32,000 nucleotides of DNA from Methylorubrum extorquens. Its GTDB lineage: Bacteria; Pseudomonadota; Alphaproteobacteria; Rhizobiales; Beijerinckiaceae. The stretch is taken from NCBI GenBank assembly GCA_900234795.1, contig LT962688.1, positions 2,490,001 to 2,522,000 on the forward strand. Reading direction: 5' to 3'. This document shows positions 15,744 to 25,088 of this stretch, one piece after another. The position numbers and the translations under genes were made by a program. The notes under the pieces were generated by a model that was not told the origin of the DNA, did not search any database, and saw only the letters and a list, made by a program, of their open reading frames with translations. How positions within the stretch are numbered: the first letter of the stretch is position 1; the number at the start of each line of letters is the position of its first letter.

Positions 15744-16364
15744 TCAGTCGAACGGTGATGGCTGGTTGCTCACGAGGCCGGTCGGCATGCCCGGTCCTCG
15801 CCAGCGCATGACGAGGTGGCCGTCTCCGCGCATCCCGACGGTGCGATAGGCCGGTCCGCCGTCCGACGGGAGGCCGAGCTCGCCCGGCCTGTTCCCGACG
15901 GTTCCGACCCGGCGCTGTTCGTAATAGGCCTCGGCCGGGGCATCGGGTGCGATGTACCCGTAGACCGGGCCCAGGCTCCGTCCCGTCGCCCTGACCGTCC
16001 TTGGTGGCGGCATCAACCGGGCCACGACCCGCCGGCTCGGTCGACTCTCTACCTTCCGTAACACTTCCACCCGTGCTTGGCGGATCGGCCGGGCGCGGCT
16101 CGTGGCCGTTCGGACCCGCTCCGGGCGAGCCTTGGCCGCACGTCGGCTCGGCCGGGTTTCGGAGCGGGCCGAGACCTTGGGCTCTTCGATCTTCGCAGGG
16201 GTCGTGGCCGGTTTTGCCACGGCGGCGTTCATCGCCGGGGTGTTCACCTTGGCCGGCGGATCGGTCCATTGGCCCGCGGCCTTATCCTCGGCGCCTGCAG
16301 AAGGCGCCGCCAGGATCGTGCCGAGCAGGAGGAGAAAGGTCGGAAAGCGGCTGCCGCGCGACAT
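15744..16364 (-). CDS. secreted basic hypothetical protein (206 aa)
   Basis: ATG at 16364 is preceded by GAGAGGA. Signal peptide MSRGSRFPTFLLLLGTILAAPSAGA. Third positions are consistently G/C-rich across the frame. Arg/Pro/Ala-rich middle section. No family recognised. Confidence 0.65.
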   Translation of the reverse strand: MSRGSRFPTFLLLLGTILAAPSAGAEDKAAGQWTDPPAKVNTPAMNAAVAKPATTPAKIEEPKVSARSETRPSRRAAKARPERVRTATSRARPIRQARVEVLRKVESRPSRRVVARLMPPPRTVRATGRSLGPVYGYIAPDAPAEAYYEQRRVGTVGNRPGELGLPSDGGPAYRTVGMRGDGHLVMRWRGPGMPTGLVSNQPSPFD

Positions 16365-16743
16365 GGAAAATCCTCTCGGGGTCGGAGAAGGACAACGCCG
16401 GCCGTGGGCTTTCGCGTCGCGTGCATCGGCACCCGCTGCGGAAGCTTTCAGCAAAGATAGGGGCGCCTCCGCACGGCGTCCATAGATCCATGTATCAAAA
16501 CGCGAAGTTCTGCGAAGCTTCCACCACAAGTCTCAGGCAAGACGCTTTCGCCTCGGCGACTCCACCCCAAAAGCCGTATCCGACCTGATCGCATCAGGCC
16601 GTCTTCTCTGGGTCTTCGTTTCGACACGCATTCGATCGACGAACCGGTGACCCCTTCGTCGGAATGCGCTCTCGTTTCGCTGTCCGATACAACCGGAGCG
16701 GTCACGGGTCCGGTCTCACCTTCGATCGATCTCAGGAGTCGGC

Positions 16744-18102
16744 ATGGCAGCGGATGGCACGGTCGCGCGGCGGCTCTGGATACGCGATCCCCTCGCGATC
16801 CTGGCGGACGGAGCCGGCGGGGGCGTCGTCGTCGAGGGCAGCCGCATCGCCGAACGCGTGCCGGCCGGCGGGCAGCCCACCGCGCCGGTGGACGAGACGT
16901 TCGACGCCTCGCGGCACGTCGTCATCCCCGGGCTCATCAACACGCATCACCACTTCTTCCAGACGCTGACGCGGGCCCATCCGGCGGCGATCAACAAGCC
17001 GCTCTTTCCTTGGCTGCAGGCGCTCTACGGGATCTGGGGTCGGCTGACGCCGGAGGCGTTCCGGCTGGCGACGCGGCTCGCCTATACCGAGCTGCTCCTG
17101 TCGGGCTGCACCACGGCGGGCGACCACCACTACCTGTTCCCGCAGGGACTGGAGAACGCCGTCGATATTCAGGTCGAGGAGGCGCGCAGCCTCGGCATCC
17201 GGGCCATCGTCACCCGCGGCTCGATGAGCCTGTCGCAGGATGAGGGCGGCCTTCCGCCAAAGGCGCTGGTGCAGGAGGACGACACCATCCTCGCCGACAG
17301 CGAGCGGGTGCTGCGCCTGTTCCACGATCCCGAACCCGGCGCGATGATGCGGATCGGGCTGGCCCCCTGCTCCCCCTTCGCCGTCACCAAGCGGCTGATG
17401 CGTGAGAGCGCCGTGCTGGCCGAGCGCTACGATTGCCCGCTTCACACCCATCTCGGTGAGACTCGCGACGAGAACGCCTTCTGCCTGGAGGCATTCGGCC
17501 AGCGCCCGGTCGATTACCTCGAAGAGGTCGGCTGGATGACGCGGCGGGCTTGGCTCGCCCACGGCATCCACTTCAACGACGACGAGGTGCGCCGCCTCGG
17601 CGCGGCTGGCGTCGGCGTGTGCCATTGTCCGACCTCGAACATGGTGCTCGCCTCGGGCCATTGCCGGACCTGCGAGTTGGAGGCGGCGGGCTCTCCCGTC
17701 GGCCTCGGCGTCGATGGCTCGGCCTCCAACGACAGCTCGAACCTGATGGAGGGCGTGCGCCACGCTCTGATGATCAACCGCCTGACCTACGGTGCGGAGG
17801 CGGTGACCCATCTCGACGCCCTGCGCTGGGCGACGGAGGGCTCCGCCGCCTGCCTCGGGCGCAGCGACATCGGCCGGATCGAGCCCGGCCGCGAGGCGGA
17901 TCTGGCGCTGTTCACCCTGGACGAGTTGCGCTTCTCCGGCGCCCACGACCCGCTCGCGGCGCTTGTGCTGTGCGGGGCCCACCGGGCGGATCGGGTGATG
18001 GTCGCGGGCACGTGGCGGGTGATCGACGGTCAGCCGCTCGGCATCGAGACCGGCCGCCTGCGCGAGGAGCATTCGCGGCTCGCCCGGCACCTGTTCGGCT
18101 GA
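16744..18102 (+). CDS. amidohydrolase, 8-oxoguanine deaminase / atrazine-pathway aminohydrolase-like
   Basis: RBS AGGAG. GLINTHHHFFQTL (HxH metal site), YDCPLHTHLGET, AHGIHF, and GVDGSASND (metal Asp). The architecture is that of the cytosine/guanine-deaminase-type amidohydrolase superfamily. Confidence 0.85.
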   Translation: MAADGTVARRLWIRDPLAILADGAGGGVVVEGSRIAERVPAGGQPTAPVDETFDASRHVVIPGLINTHHHFFQTLTRAHPAAINKPLFPWLQALYGIWGRLTPEAFRLATRLAYTELLLSGCTTAGDHHYLFPQGLENAVDIQVEEARSLGIRAIVTRGSMSLSQDEGGLPPKALVQEDDTILADSERVLRLFHDPEPGAMMRIGLAPCSPFAVTKRLMRESAVLAERYDCPLHTHLGETRDENAFCLEAFGQRPVDYLEEVGWMTRRAWLAHGIHFNDDEVRRLGAAGVGVCHCPTSNMVLASGHCRTCELEAAGSPVGLGVDGSASNDSSNLMEGVRHALMINRLTYGAEAVTHLDALRWATEGSAACLGRSDIGRIEPGREADLALFTLDELRFSGAHDPLAALVLCGAHRADRVMVAGTWRVIDGQPLGIETGRLREEHSRLARHLFG

Positions 18103-18104
18103 CA

Positions 18105-18329
18105 TCAGCATCCGCGATCGGTCTGGTCGCTCCAGGAGCTGGCGACCGGGGCTTGATACAGCCCCTCCGGCTCGGCCACGCCGAAGCGGATCGGCACCGC
18201 GTCGAGGAAAGCAGACTCCCGCAGGACGAGCCCGGCGCGGAGATACTCGCCGATGTGGAAGCGAAGTCCGTAGGTCGCCGGTACCGGGCGACGCCAATCA
18301 TCGGGGGGCATCAGTGCGCCTGTCCGCAT
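18105..18329 (-). CDS. hypothetical small protein (68-74 aa)
   Basis: Convergent with the deaminase; the stops are 2 nt apart. By my count the frame has about 80% G/C at third positions. ATG at 18329 or 18311. No family recognised. Confidence 0.4.
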   Translation of the reverse strand: MRTGALMPPDDWRRPVPATYGLRFHIGEYLRAGLVLRESAFLDAVPIRFGVAEPEGLYQAPVASSWSDQTDRGC

Positions 18330-18716
18330 TGGTCGCGGCGCGGGCGACCGTCACCGATTCGCCCCCGACGATCGGCTGGGAGAGGTGGTCGCGGTACTCC
18401 TCCACGGGATACATTTCGTTTAGTCCCGGCAGAAACGCGCGCCGTGTCCGCGCGCACATGCCGGGAAAGGATCATGCCACATGCTATGCAAGCAGGCAGA
18501 TTTTTTGATTAATAACTAAATCACTGAGAATTATAGAGAATATTGTGCAGCGGAGGCTGCGCTCTCTGGCCAGGGTTGTTTGAAGTGCCCTGCTGGTGCC
18601 CGCATTGTACGCAATCGGTGGCTATCCAGTGGGCTTCGCTGCACAAATTCTGTGAGCATCGCGCCCGCGCCGTGCTTATCTCCCTGACCGAAACACCTCA
18701 TTCGGGAGACAAGAAC

Positions 18717-18965
18717 ATGTCCGTACGCATCTTCTCCGCCGCACTCGTCGCGCTCGCGGTCTCTTCGGGTAGCGCTTTTGCTGGCGATCGGGGCCGGATG
18801 GTCGGGGCGCCGCAGCCGGAGGCGACCGGCAGCGTTTCCCGCTCGGCCGAGCGGCTGAACCTGTTCGGTGTCCCGGAGCGCGATCCCCGCCTGGTCGCGC
18901 CCGAGCGTCAGACCCGCAGCACTTTCAACGCCAACACCGCCCGCGCGCGCCACTACGAGCGCTGA
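18717..18965 (+). CDS. small secreted protein (82 aa)
   Basis: RBS GGGAGA lies 7 nt upstream of the internal ATG at 18717. Signal peptide MSVRIFSAALVALAVSSGSAFA. Confidence 0.6.
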   Translation: MSVRIFSAALVALAVSSGSAFAGDRGRMVGAPQPEATGSVSRSAERLNLFGVPERDPRLVAPERQTRSTFNANTARARHYER

Positions 18966-18996
18966 GCGCCTGTCGGGCAACCTTGCTTCGGTGCGT

Positions 18997-19022
18997 CCGG
19001 CCGCTCCCCACCGAGCGGCCGG
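18997..19022. terminator. stem-loop between convergent genes
   Basis: CCGGCCGCTC (18997-19006), 6-nt loop, GAGCGGCCGG (19013-19022): a perfect 10-bp stem. No clear U-tract follows. Confidence 0.4.
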
Positions 19023-19123
19023 GCTTCGAGGCTGCGGGCGTAGCGCCTCGATTAAGTGCCGTTGCGAAACAAGCCGGCTCGGCGCTCTGCGCCGCGGCCG
19101 GCTTTCCGCCTCCGCAAAGGCGA

Positions 19124-19642
19124 TCAGTCGCCCTTGGACTCCGGACGCGGCAGAACGCGATAATGCCGCCCGGCATAGAGCAGGCTCTCGGCGCCGCTGA
19201 TCTCGGCGAGCGCCTCGACCGCGCAGATCAGCACGTCGTGCGTGCCGACCTCGTGGCGGTCGACGATCCGGCAATCGAAGGCGACGAGCGCGCCTGCCAG
19301 CACCGGAGCGCCGGTCTGCAACCGGCCCCAGTCCGGTCCCGCGAAGCGCTCGGCCTGCGGCACGCGGCCGGCGAAGTCGGTGGCGAGGCCTTCATGCGCC
19401 GCCGTGAGCGTGTTGATGCAGAGCACGCCGTTGCGCAGGAAGGCCGGATAGGCCGATGAATTGCGGTTGAGGCAGACCAGCAGCGTCGGCGGGCCGTCGC
19501 TGACGCTGCACACCGACGTCGCCGTCAGACCCGCACGGCCGCCGGGCCCGTCCGTGGTCACCAGATGCACCGCACTCGCGAGCTGAGCCATCGCTTCGCG
19601 GTAGGCCGAGGCGGAGACGGCCTCGGGGTCGGATGAAATCAT
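19124..19642 (-). CDS. flavin reductase (HpaC/NtaB-like FMN-binding split-barrel)
   Basis: 172 aa from the internal ATG at 19642 (RBS GAGAGG). [47 protein letters not shown] and HDVLICAVE are typical of flavin reductase domain proteins. Confidence 0.85.
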   Translation of the reverse strand: MISSDPEAVSASAYREAMAQLASAVHLVTTDGPGGRAGLTATSVCSVSDGPPTLLVCLNRNSSAYPAFLRNGVLCINTLTAAHEGLATDFAGRVPQAERFAGPDWGRLQTGAPVLAGALVAFDCRIVDRHEVGTHDVLICAVEALAEISGAESLLYAGRHYRVLPRPESKGD

Positions 19643-19884
19643 GACGATCGCCTCTCGGGGCCGGATGAGGTCCCGATCGTTGAGCAGGACGTCGCAAGGC
19701 TCGGTTGAACGCCCTTGAAACGATGACGCGGTGGGCGTTCCGGCCGCTCCGGTCAAGGGGAAGAGTGACCACCTCACGGTCAAGAACGGCCGTCGCTGCC
19801 CGCATCCTGTGCCATCGCTGCCAAAGATCGGTGCGGGATGGCACCCGTCCGGTGGTACCCGCCACCTTGCGGACCGGGGCTCGG

Positions 19885-20781
19885 GTGGCCGATGAAGCCG
19901 GCACCCGCTCCGCCGGAGGCCGTCCGATCCCCGCCGCCGAACCGCTTCGCCCCGCCTTGTCCCGCCAGCGCTCGCAGGGCGCGGTGCATCTGCGCGTCGC
20001 CCCGGCCGGAACAGCCGCGGATGCGCCAACGCGGATCGTCGATCTCGCCGAGAGCGGCCCCTTGCGCCTGCGCTGTCCCCGCCAGGGGGCCGAGCGGATG
20101 CTGGAGGGCGTGCTGGTCAACACTGGCGGCGGCATCGCCTGCGGCGATGTGTTCGCGGTGTCGGTGACGGTCGAGCCGGGTGGGGCCTGCGTGCTGACGA
20201 CCACCGCGGCGGAGAAGATTTACCGCTCGGACGGACCCTGCGCGGAGATCGTCAACCGGGTGAGCGTCGGCGCGGGCGGGCGGCTCGATTGGCTGCCGCA
20301 GGAGACGATCCTGTTCGACTGCGCCCGGCTCGTGCGCCGCTTCGAGGCGGACCTTGCCCCCGACGCGTCGCTGCTTGTCGCCGAGATCGCGGTGCTCGGC
20401 CGTGCCGCCCGCGGCGAAAGCCTGGAACAGGCGCTGTTCGAGGATCGCTGGCGCATCCGCCGCGACGGCCGCCTCGTCTATGCCGACAGCCTGCGCCTCG
20501 ACGGCGCGGTCACGGCCCTCATGGACCGCCGGGCGATCGGCGGCGGGGCCCGCGCGCTGGCGACGATCCTCGACCTTTCGCCGCGTGCGGAAGGCCGGCT
20601 CGACGAGGCCCGTGCCCTTCTCGACGCCCTGCCGGCGCAGGTCGAGGCCGGGGCGAGCGCCTGGAACGGTCACCTCGCCGTGCGGATGCTGGCCCCCACC
20701 GTCGCTCCCCTGCGCGACGCCGCCGCCCGCTTCCTTGCTGCATGGCGCGGGCAGCCGATGCCGCGCGTGTGGCAGACCTGA
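19885..20781 (+). CDS. ureD: urease accessory protein UreD
   Basis: [26 protein letters not shown] and [14 protein letters not shown] are UreD/UreH-like. The ATG at 19705 would add about 60 non-homologous residues, so I prefer the in-frame GTG at 19885. The start remains uncertain. Confidence 0.8.
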   Translation: MADEAGTRSAGGRPIPAAEPLRPALSRQRSQGAVHLRVAPAGTAADAPTRIVDLAESGPLRLRCPRQGAERMLEGVLVNTGGGIACGDVFAVSVTVEPGGACVLTTTAAEKIYRSDGPCAEIVNRVSVGAGGRLDWLPQETILFDCARLVRRFEADLAPDASLLVAEIAVLGRAARGESLEQALFEDRWRIRRDGRLVYADSLRLDGAVTALMDRRAIGGGARALATILDLSPRAEGRLDEARALLDALPAQVEAGASAWNGHLAVRMLAPTVAPLRDAAARFLAAWRGQPMPRVWQT

Positions 20782-20861
20782 TCAGCTTGACCTTGGGCCG
20801 AGCATGATCCTTGCTCGGCCCACCTTCAGGCCCGCCCGACTCTCACCTCAGGACGCACGCC

Positions 20862-21482
20862 TTGCTCCTTACGCCCCGCGAGAAAGACAAGCTCCTCATC
20901 GCCATGGCCGCGCAGGTTGCCCGCAACCGGCTGGCGCGGGGGGTGAAGCTCAACCATCCGGAGGCGATCGCCCTCATTACCGACTTCGTGGTGGAGGGCG
21001 CCCGCGACGGGCGCTCCGTCGCCGAGTTGATGCAGGCCGGCGCCCGCGTTCTCGATGCCTCCCAGGTGATGGAGGGCGTGCCCGAGATGATCCACGACAT
21101 TCAGGTCGAGGCGACCTTCCCCGACGGGACCAAGCTCGTCACGGTCCACCACCCGATCCGCGGCGCACCCTCGGCGGACGTGCCGGGCACGGTGACGACA
21201 TTGCCGGGCGAGATCGTCTTCAATGCCGGCGCACCGCGCACGGTGATCGAGGTCGCCAATACCGGGGACCGCCCGATCCAGGTCGGCTCGCACTACCATT
21301 TCTTCGAGGCGAATCCCGGCCTCGTGTTCGACCGTGACAAGGCCCGCGGCCAGCGCCTCGACATCGCGCCGGGGACGGCGGTGCGCTTCGAGCCGGGCTC
21401 GACCCGCGAGGTGGCACTGGTGCCGCTCTCGGGCGACCGAAAGGTCTACGGCTTCCGCGGCGACGTGATGGGGGCGCTGTGA
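20862..21482 (+). CDS. ureAB: fused urease gamma/beta subunit (UreAB)
   Basis: (M)[16 protein letters not shown]...[11 protein letters not shown] is a complete gamma subunit. After a ~15-aa linker, PGEIVFNAG...[26 protein letters not shown]...GTAVRFEPG...[12 protein letters not shown] is a complete beta subunit. Likely TTG start at 20862; the upstream ATG at 20811 gives a non-homologous extension. Confidence 0.9.
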   Translation: MLLTPREKDKLLIAMAAQVARNRLARGVKLNHPEAIALITDFVVEGARDGRSVAELMQAGARVLDASQVMEGVPEMIHDIQVEATFPDGTKLVTVHHPIRGAPSADVPGTVTTLPGEIVFNAGAPRTVIEVANTGDRPIQVGSHYHFFEANPGLVFDRDKARGQRLDIAPGTAVRFEPGSTREVALVPLSGDRKVYGFRGDVMGAL

Positions 21483-21511
21483 CGCGCGCCCCCACACGAA
21501 GTTCGGCTCGC

Positions 21512-22645
21512 TCACGCCTCCAGTTCGGGCAGGGGCAAACCCGTTGTCGACCAGTGCATGCCGAAGAGGTCGCGTACGGCCTCGACGCGGTTCTCGCTCC
21601 CCGCTGCACGCGTGACCAGCGCCAGGAGGACATCCGCCGGATCCCTGCCGTCGAAGGCGGCAAACGCGGCCTGCTTCAGGCGCGGATCGATCCGTTTCGA
21701 CACCAGGGCCGCGAAATCCTTGCGGGACAGGTCGCCATGCTCCGCCACGAATGTGCGGATCGCGCGGGCTTGCTCCGCAAGTCCTGCATTGACCGTACCC
21801 TGGTAGGTCAGCACCCGTTCCCCGATTTCGGGCGGGAGCAAGGGGATCACGTCGTCGACCGCCCCTGTCGCGACCCAGGCGAGCACGTTCTTTTCCAGAT
21901 GCACCCCGGACAAGGCACGGTGGCGCAGGACGTAGGCATCCGTCTTCAGCTTCAGCCGATGACCGTCGTCGAAACAGACGACGTAGCCCTCGATTCCGGC
22001 TTCGCGACGGGCGGCCTCCGCGAAGGCCCGAGCATCCGCGATGCTTCCATGGCTGCGCACCAAAGGCACCGCGAAGCGCTCGGCCAAATCTGCCAATTCG
22101 ATCTGCGGCAGATAGGTGCCCGAGACCATGTCGCGCGCCGTGAGCAGGGTCAGTGCCGGCCGCTCGTAGGCGACGACGATACGGTTTTCCGGCGAGGTGA
22201 ATTCGAAGACGGGCGTGATGCCGGCCGCGAGCAGGTGACGCGACAGGTCAAGCGTTCCGGAATCGGCCTCGGACCCCGCCGCCATTGCCTGAGCGGTGGC
22301 CCCCATTCGCGTCATGAAGGTGAGGCTGCCCTCCAACAGGACGGGATGGACCATCGAGCCGTCGAGCTTGTCCTGGACCGCGTGCGGCACCGACCAGTCG
22401 ATCTCTTCGATCCGCTCGCGCTCACCCAGATTAAAGAATTTGTGGAAGGGGCGCCCGATGAGGAGGCCGTCGCGATCGAACTTCAGGCCTCCGCACTCGC
22501 GGGCGATCGGGGTGTCGAAGGTCTCAGGCAAGGCAAAGACGTAATCGATGACGGTATGGTTGGGGCGCCGCGAAACGACAAAACCCTTATCGAAAGAGAC
22601 GTGCGGCGTCACGTCGTCGATATGTTCTATTTTTGGGAAACTCAT
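21512..22645 (-). CDS. ATP-dependent RNA ligase, phage T4 Rnl1 (RnlA) family
   Basis: 377 aa (T4 Rnl1 is about 374). Collinear with T4 Rnl1 as I recall it: ECGGLKF / ECRGIMF; RPFHKFFNL / RPMEKFFNL; motif I KLDGS (Lys codon 22367-22369) / KEDGS; FEFTSPENRIVVAY / FEFVAPTNRIVLAY; IEGYVVCFDDGHRLKLKTDAY / [21 protein letters not shown]; C-terminal-domain similarity GAVDDV / GASDDL. Confidence 0.85.
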   Translation of the reverse strand: MSFPKIEHIDDVTPHVSFDKGFVVSRRPNHTVIDYVFALPETFDTPIARECGGLKFDRDGLLIGRPFHKFFNLGERERIEEIDWSVPHAVQDKLDGSMVHPVLLEGSLTFMTRMGATAQAMAAGSEADSGTLDLSRHLLAAGITPVFEFTSPENRIVVAYERPALTLLTARDMVSGTYLPQIELADLAERFAVPLVRSHGSIADARAFAEAARREAGIEGYVVCFDDGHRLKLKTDAYVLRHRALSGVHLEKNVLAWVATGAVDDVIPLLPPEIGERVLTYQGTVNAGLAEQARAIRTFVAEHGDLSRKDFAALVSKRIDPRLKQAAFAAFDGRDPADVLLALVTRAAGSENRVEAVRDLFGMHWSTTGLPLPELEA

Positions 22646-22865
22646 GTCGGTATCTTTCTATGTATTTTATGATCGGCGCACGGATTGGATCGATGATTGA
22701 GCATCGGATGCCAAAGTCGAATGGTCATGATTCTCTCCTGATTCGGCCGATGGATCGGCTGACTGAATATGGCTGTCTAACCTTGAGCCCGGCAAGTCTG
22801 CGCTGACGCGATCGCCGCCGTTTTCCGCTGAACGTGCTGCCACCCCTTCCAAGGCATCTCGAGCT

Positions 22866-24593
22866 ATGGCCGACATCCGCAAGCCCGCCGCCCTCCCTCG
22901 CGCCGCCTATGCCGCCATGTTCGGGCCGACCACCGGCGACCGTATTCGTCTCGCCGACACCAGCCTCGAGATCGAGGTCGAGCGTGATCTCACGACCTAC
23001 GGCGAGGAGGTGAAGTTCGGCGGCGGCAAGGTGATCCGCGACGGGATGGGCCAGTCGCAGGCGACCAACGCCGAGGGCGCCGTCGATACCGTCATCACCA
23101 ACGCCGTGGTGCTCGACCATTGGGGTATCGTGAAATGCGATGTCGGCATCCGCGCCGGCCGTATCTTCAAGCTCGGAAAGGCCGGCAACCCGGACGTTCA
23201 GGCCAATGTCGACATCGTCGTCGGCCCCGGCACCGAGGTGATCGCGGGCGAGGGCAAGATCCTCACGGCCGGCGGCTTCGACAGCCATATCCACTTCATC
23301 TGCCCGCAGCAGATCGAGGAGGCGCTCTGCTCCGGTGTGACGACGATGCTCGGCGGCGGCACCGGGCCGGCGCACGGCACCTTCGCCACCACCTGCACCC
23401 CCGGCCCCTGGCACATCGCGCGGATGATCGAGGCGGCCGATTCCTTCCCGATGAACCTTGCCTTCGCCGGCAAGGGCAATGCCTCGGTGCCCGGCGCGCT
23501 GGAGGAGATGATCCGCGCCGGCGCCTGCGCGATGAAGCTGCACGAGGATTGGGGCACCACGCCCGCCGCGATCGACACCTGCCTCTCGGTGGCGGACGCC
23601 TTCGACGTGCAGGTCATGATCCACACCGACACGCTCAACGAGTCGGGCTTCGTCGAGGACACCATCGCCGCCTTCAAGGGCCGCACCATCCACGCCTTCC
23701 ACACCGAAGGCGCCGGCGGCGGTCACGCGCCGGACATCATGCGCGTGGCGGGGCTGGCCAACGTGCTCCCGTCGTCGACGAACCCGACACGGCCCTTCAC
23801 AAAAAACACCATCGACGAGCATCTCGACATGCTGATGGTGTGCCACCACCTCGACCCGTCGATTCCAGAAGACCTCGCCTTCGCCGAGAGCCGCATCCGC
23901 AAGGAAACCATCGCGGCCGAAGACATCCTGCACGACATCGGCGCGCTCTCGATGATGTCGTCCGACAGCCAGGCGATGGGCCGGGTCGGCGAAGTCGTGA
24001 TCCGCACGTGGCAGACCGCCGACAAGATGAAGCGCCAGCGCGGCGCCCTGCCCGGAGACGCGTCGGGCAACGACAACCTGCGCGCCCGGCGCTACGTGGC
24101 GAAATACACGATCAACCCGGCCATCGCGCACGGCGTCTCGCGCCATATCGGCTCGATCGAGCCGGGCAAACTCGCCGACCTCGTGCTGTGGACGCCCGCC
24201 TTCTTCGGGGTGAAGCCGGACCTCGTGCTCAAGGGCGGCATGATCGCCACCGCGCCGATGGGCGACCCCAACGCCTCGATCCCCACGCCGCAGCCGGTGC
24301 ATTACCGGCCGATGTTCGGCGCCTACGGCCGCGCGCCCTATGCCACCGCGCTCACCTTCGTCTCGCGGGCGGCGCTCGAGGACGGCGTGAAGGAGAAGCT
24401 CCGCGTCTCCAAGGAGCTGGTGGCGGTGGAGAACGTGCGCGGCGGCATCTCGAAGAAGAGCATGATCCTCAACGACGCGACCCCGAATATCGAGATCGAC
24501 CCCGAGACCTACGACGTGCGCGCCGACGGCGAATTGCTGGTCTGCGAGCCGGCGGAGGTCTTGCCGATGGCGCAGCGCTACTTCCTGTTCTGA
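22866..24593 (+). CDS. ureC: urease alpha subunit UreC
   Basis: 575 aa. [27 protein letters not shown] (carbamylated Lys), [27 protein letters not shown] and [12 protein letters not shown] are canonical urease active-site blocks. Confidence 0.97.
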   Translation: MADIRKPAALPRAAYAAMFGPTTGDRIRLADTSLEIEVERDLTTYGEEVKFGGGKVIRDGMGQSQATNAEGAVDTVITNAVVLDHWGIVKCDVGIRAGRIFKLGKAGNPDVQANVDIVVGPGTEVIAGEGKILTAGGFDSHIHFICPQQIEEALCSGVTTMLGGGTGPAHGTFATTCTPGPWHIARMIEAADSFPMNLAFAGKGNASVPGALEEMIRAGACAMKLHEDWGTTPAAIDTCLSVADAFDVQVMIHTDTLNESGFVEDTIAAFKGRTIHAFHTEGAGGGHAPDIMRVAGLANVLPSSTNPTRPFTKNTIDEHLDMLMVCHHLDPSIPEDLAFAESRIRKETIAAEDILHDIGALSMMSSDSQAMGRVGEVVIRTWQTADKMKRQRGALPGDASGNDNLRARRYVAKYTINPAIAHGVSRHIGSIEPGKLADLVLWTPAFFGVKPDLVLKGGMIATAPMGDPNASIPTPQPVHYRPMFGAYGRAPYATALTFVSRAALEDGVKEKLRVSKELVAVENVRGGISKKSMILNDATPNIEIDPETYDVRADGELLVCEPAEVLPMAQRYFLF

Positions 24594-24596
24594 GCT

Positions 24597-25088
24597 ATGA
24601 TCCGCGCCACCCGTGTCATCCGCCGCGACCGTCTCGGCTCCGGCGAGATCGTCGATCGCATCGTGCTCGACTCGAACGACCGGCATCGCCGCCGCATGGC
24701 GATGCGCGGCGTCGGCGGCACCGCGTTCCTGCTCGACCTCGCCGAGGCCACCGTGCTCGATGACGGCGACGCCCTCGCGCTGGAGGACGGCCGGCTCGTC
24801 TGGGTCGAGGCGGCGCCCGAGGCGCTGCTGGAAATCCGCGCGCCCACCCCGCACGCCCTCAAGCGGCTGATCTGGCATATCGGCAACCGGCACATCCCCG
24901 CCGAGATCGGCGAGGCCGCGGTGTGGATCGGTCACGACCACGTGCTCGCCGAGATGGTGCGGGGTTTGGGCGGCAGCGCCGAGCCGGTGATGCGGCCGTT
25001 CCGGCCCGAGGGCGGGGCCTATGCCGGCGGCCATGCCCATGGCCACGGTCACGGACATTCGCACGATCACCCGCACGCCCATGATTGA
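24597..25088 (+). CDS. ureE: urease accessory metallochaperone UreE (His-rich tail)
   Basis: The ATG lies 3 nt after the ureC stop. AWHIGNRH-type block ([14 protein letters not shown]). C-terminal [18 protein letters not shown]. Confidence 0.9.
   Translation: MIRATRVIRRDRLGSGEIVDRIVLDSNDRHRRRMAMRGVGGTAFLLDLAEATVLDDGDALALEDGRLVWVEAAPEALLEIRAPTPHALKRLIWHIGNRHIPAEIGEAAVWIGHDHVLAEMVRGLGGSAEPVMRPFRPEGGAYAGGHAHGHGHGHSHDHPHAHD

Noticed and set aside
16530-16743. Purine/guanine riboswitch in the leader of the 8-oxoguanine-deaminase-like gene
   Set aside because: I looked for the conserved purine-riboswitch junction and loop sequences and did not see them. Only a short imperfect palindrome (TTCGATCGACGAA) is present. 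An Infernal scan would settle it.
16732-18297. 521-aa minus-strand ORF opposite the amidohydrolase gene
   Set aside because: It is antisense to a gene with clear amidohydrolase metal-binding motifs. The translation is Arg/Ala/Gly-rich with no recognisable domain.
18509-18523. CtrA box in the AT-rich island (TTAA-TAACTAA-ATCA)
   Set aside because: Only the first half-site matches. A match to TTAA is expected by chance in such AT-rich sequence.
19705-19884. ATG at 19705 as the ureD start
   Set aside because: It would add about 60 residues ([23 protein letters not shown]...) with no resemblance to UreD and poor composition. The in-frame GTG at 19885 gives a typical UreD length. This is not proven.
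22693-22806. 37-codon ATG ORF ([37 protein letters not shown]) in the rnl-ureC spacer as a leader peptide
   Set aside because: No convincing RBS, and third positions are not G/C-biased as they are in genuine genes here. It is kept only as a remote possibility under the spacer finding.
22725-25082. 785-aa minus-strand ORF opposite ureC/ureE, and the 547-aa plus-strand ORF 23120..24763
   Set aside because: Both overlap ureC, whose frame carries every canonical urease active-site block. The alternative frames translate to Arg/Gly/Asp/His-rich repeats without motifs.
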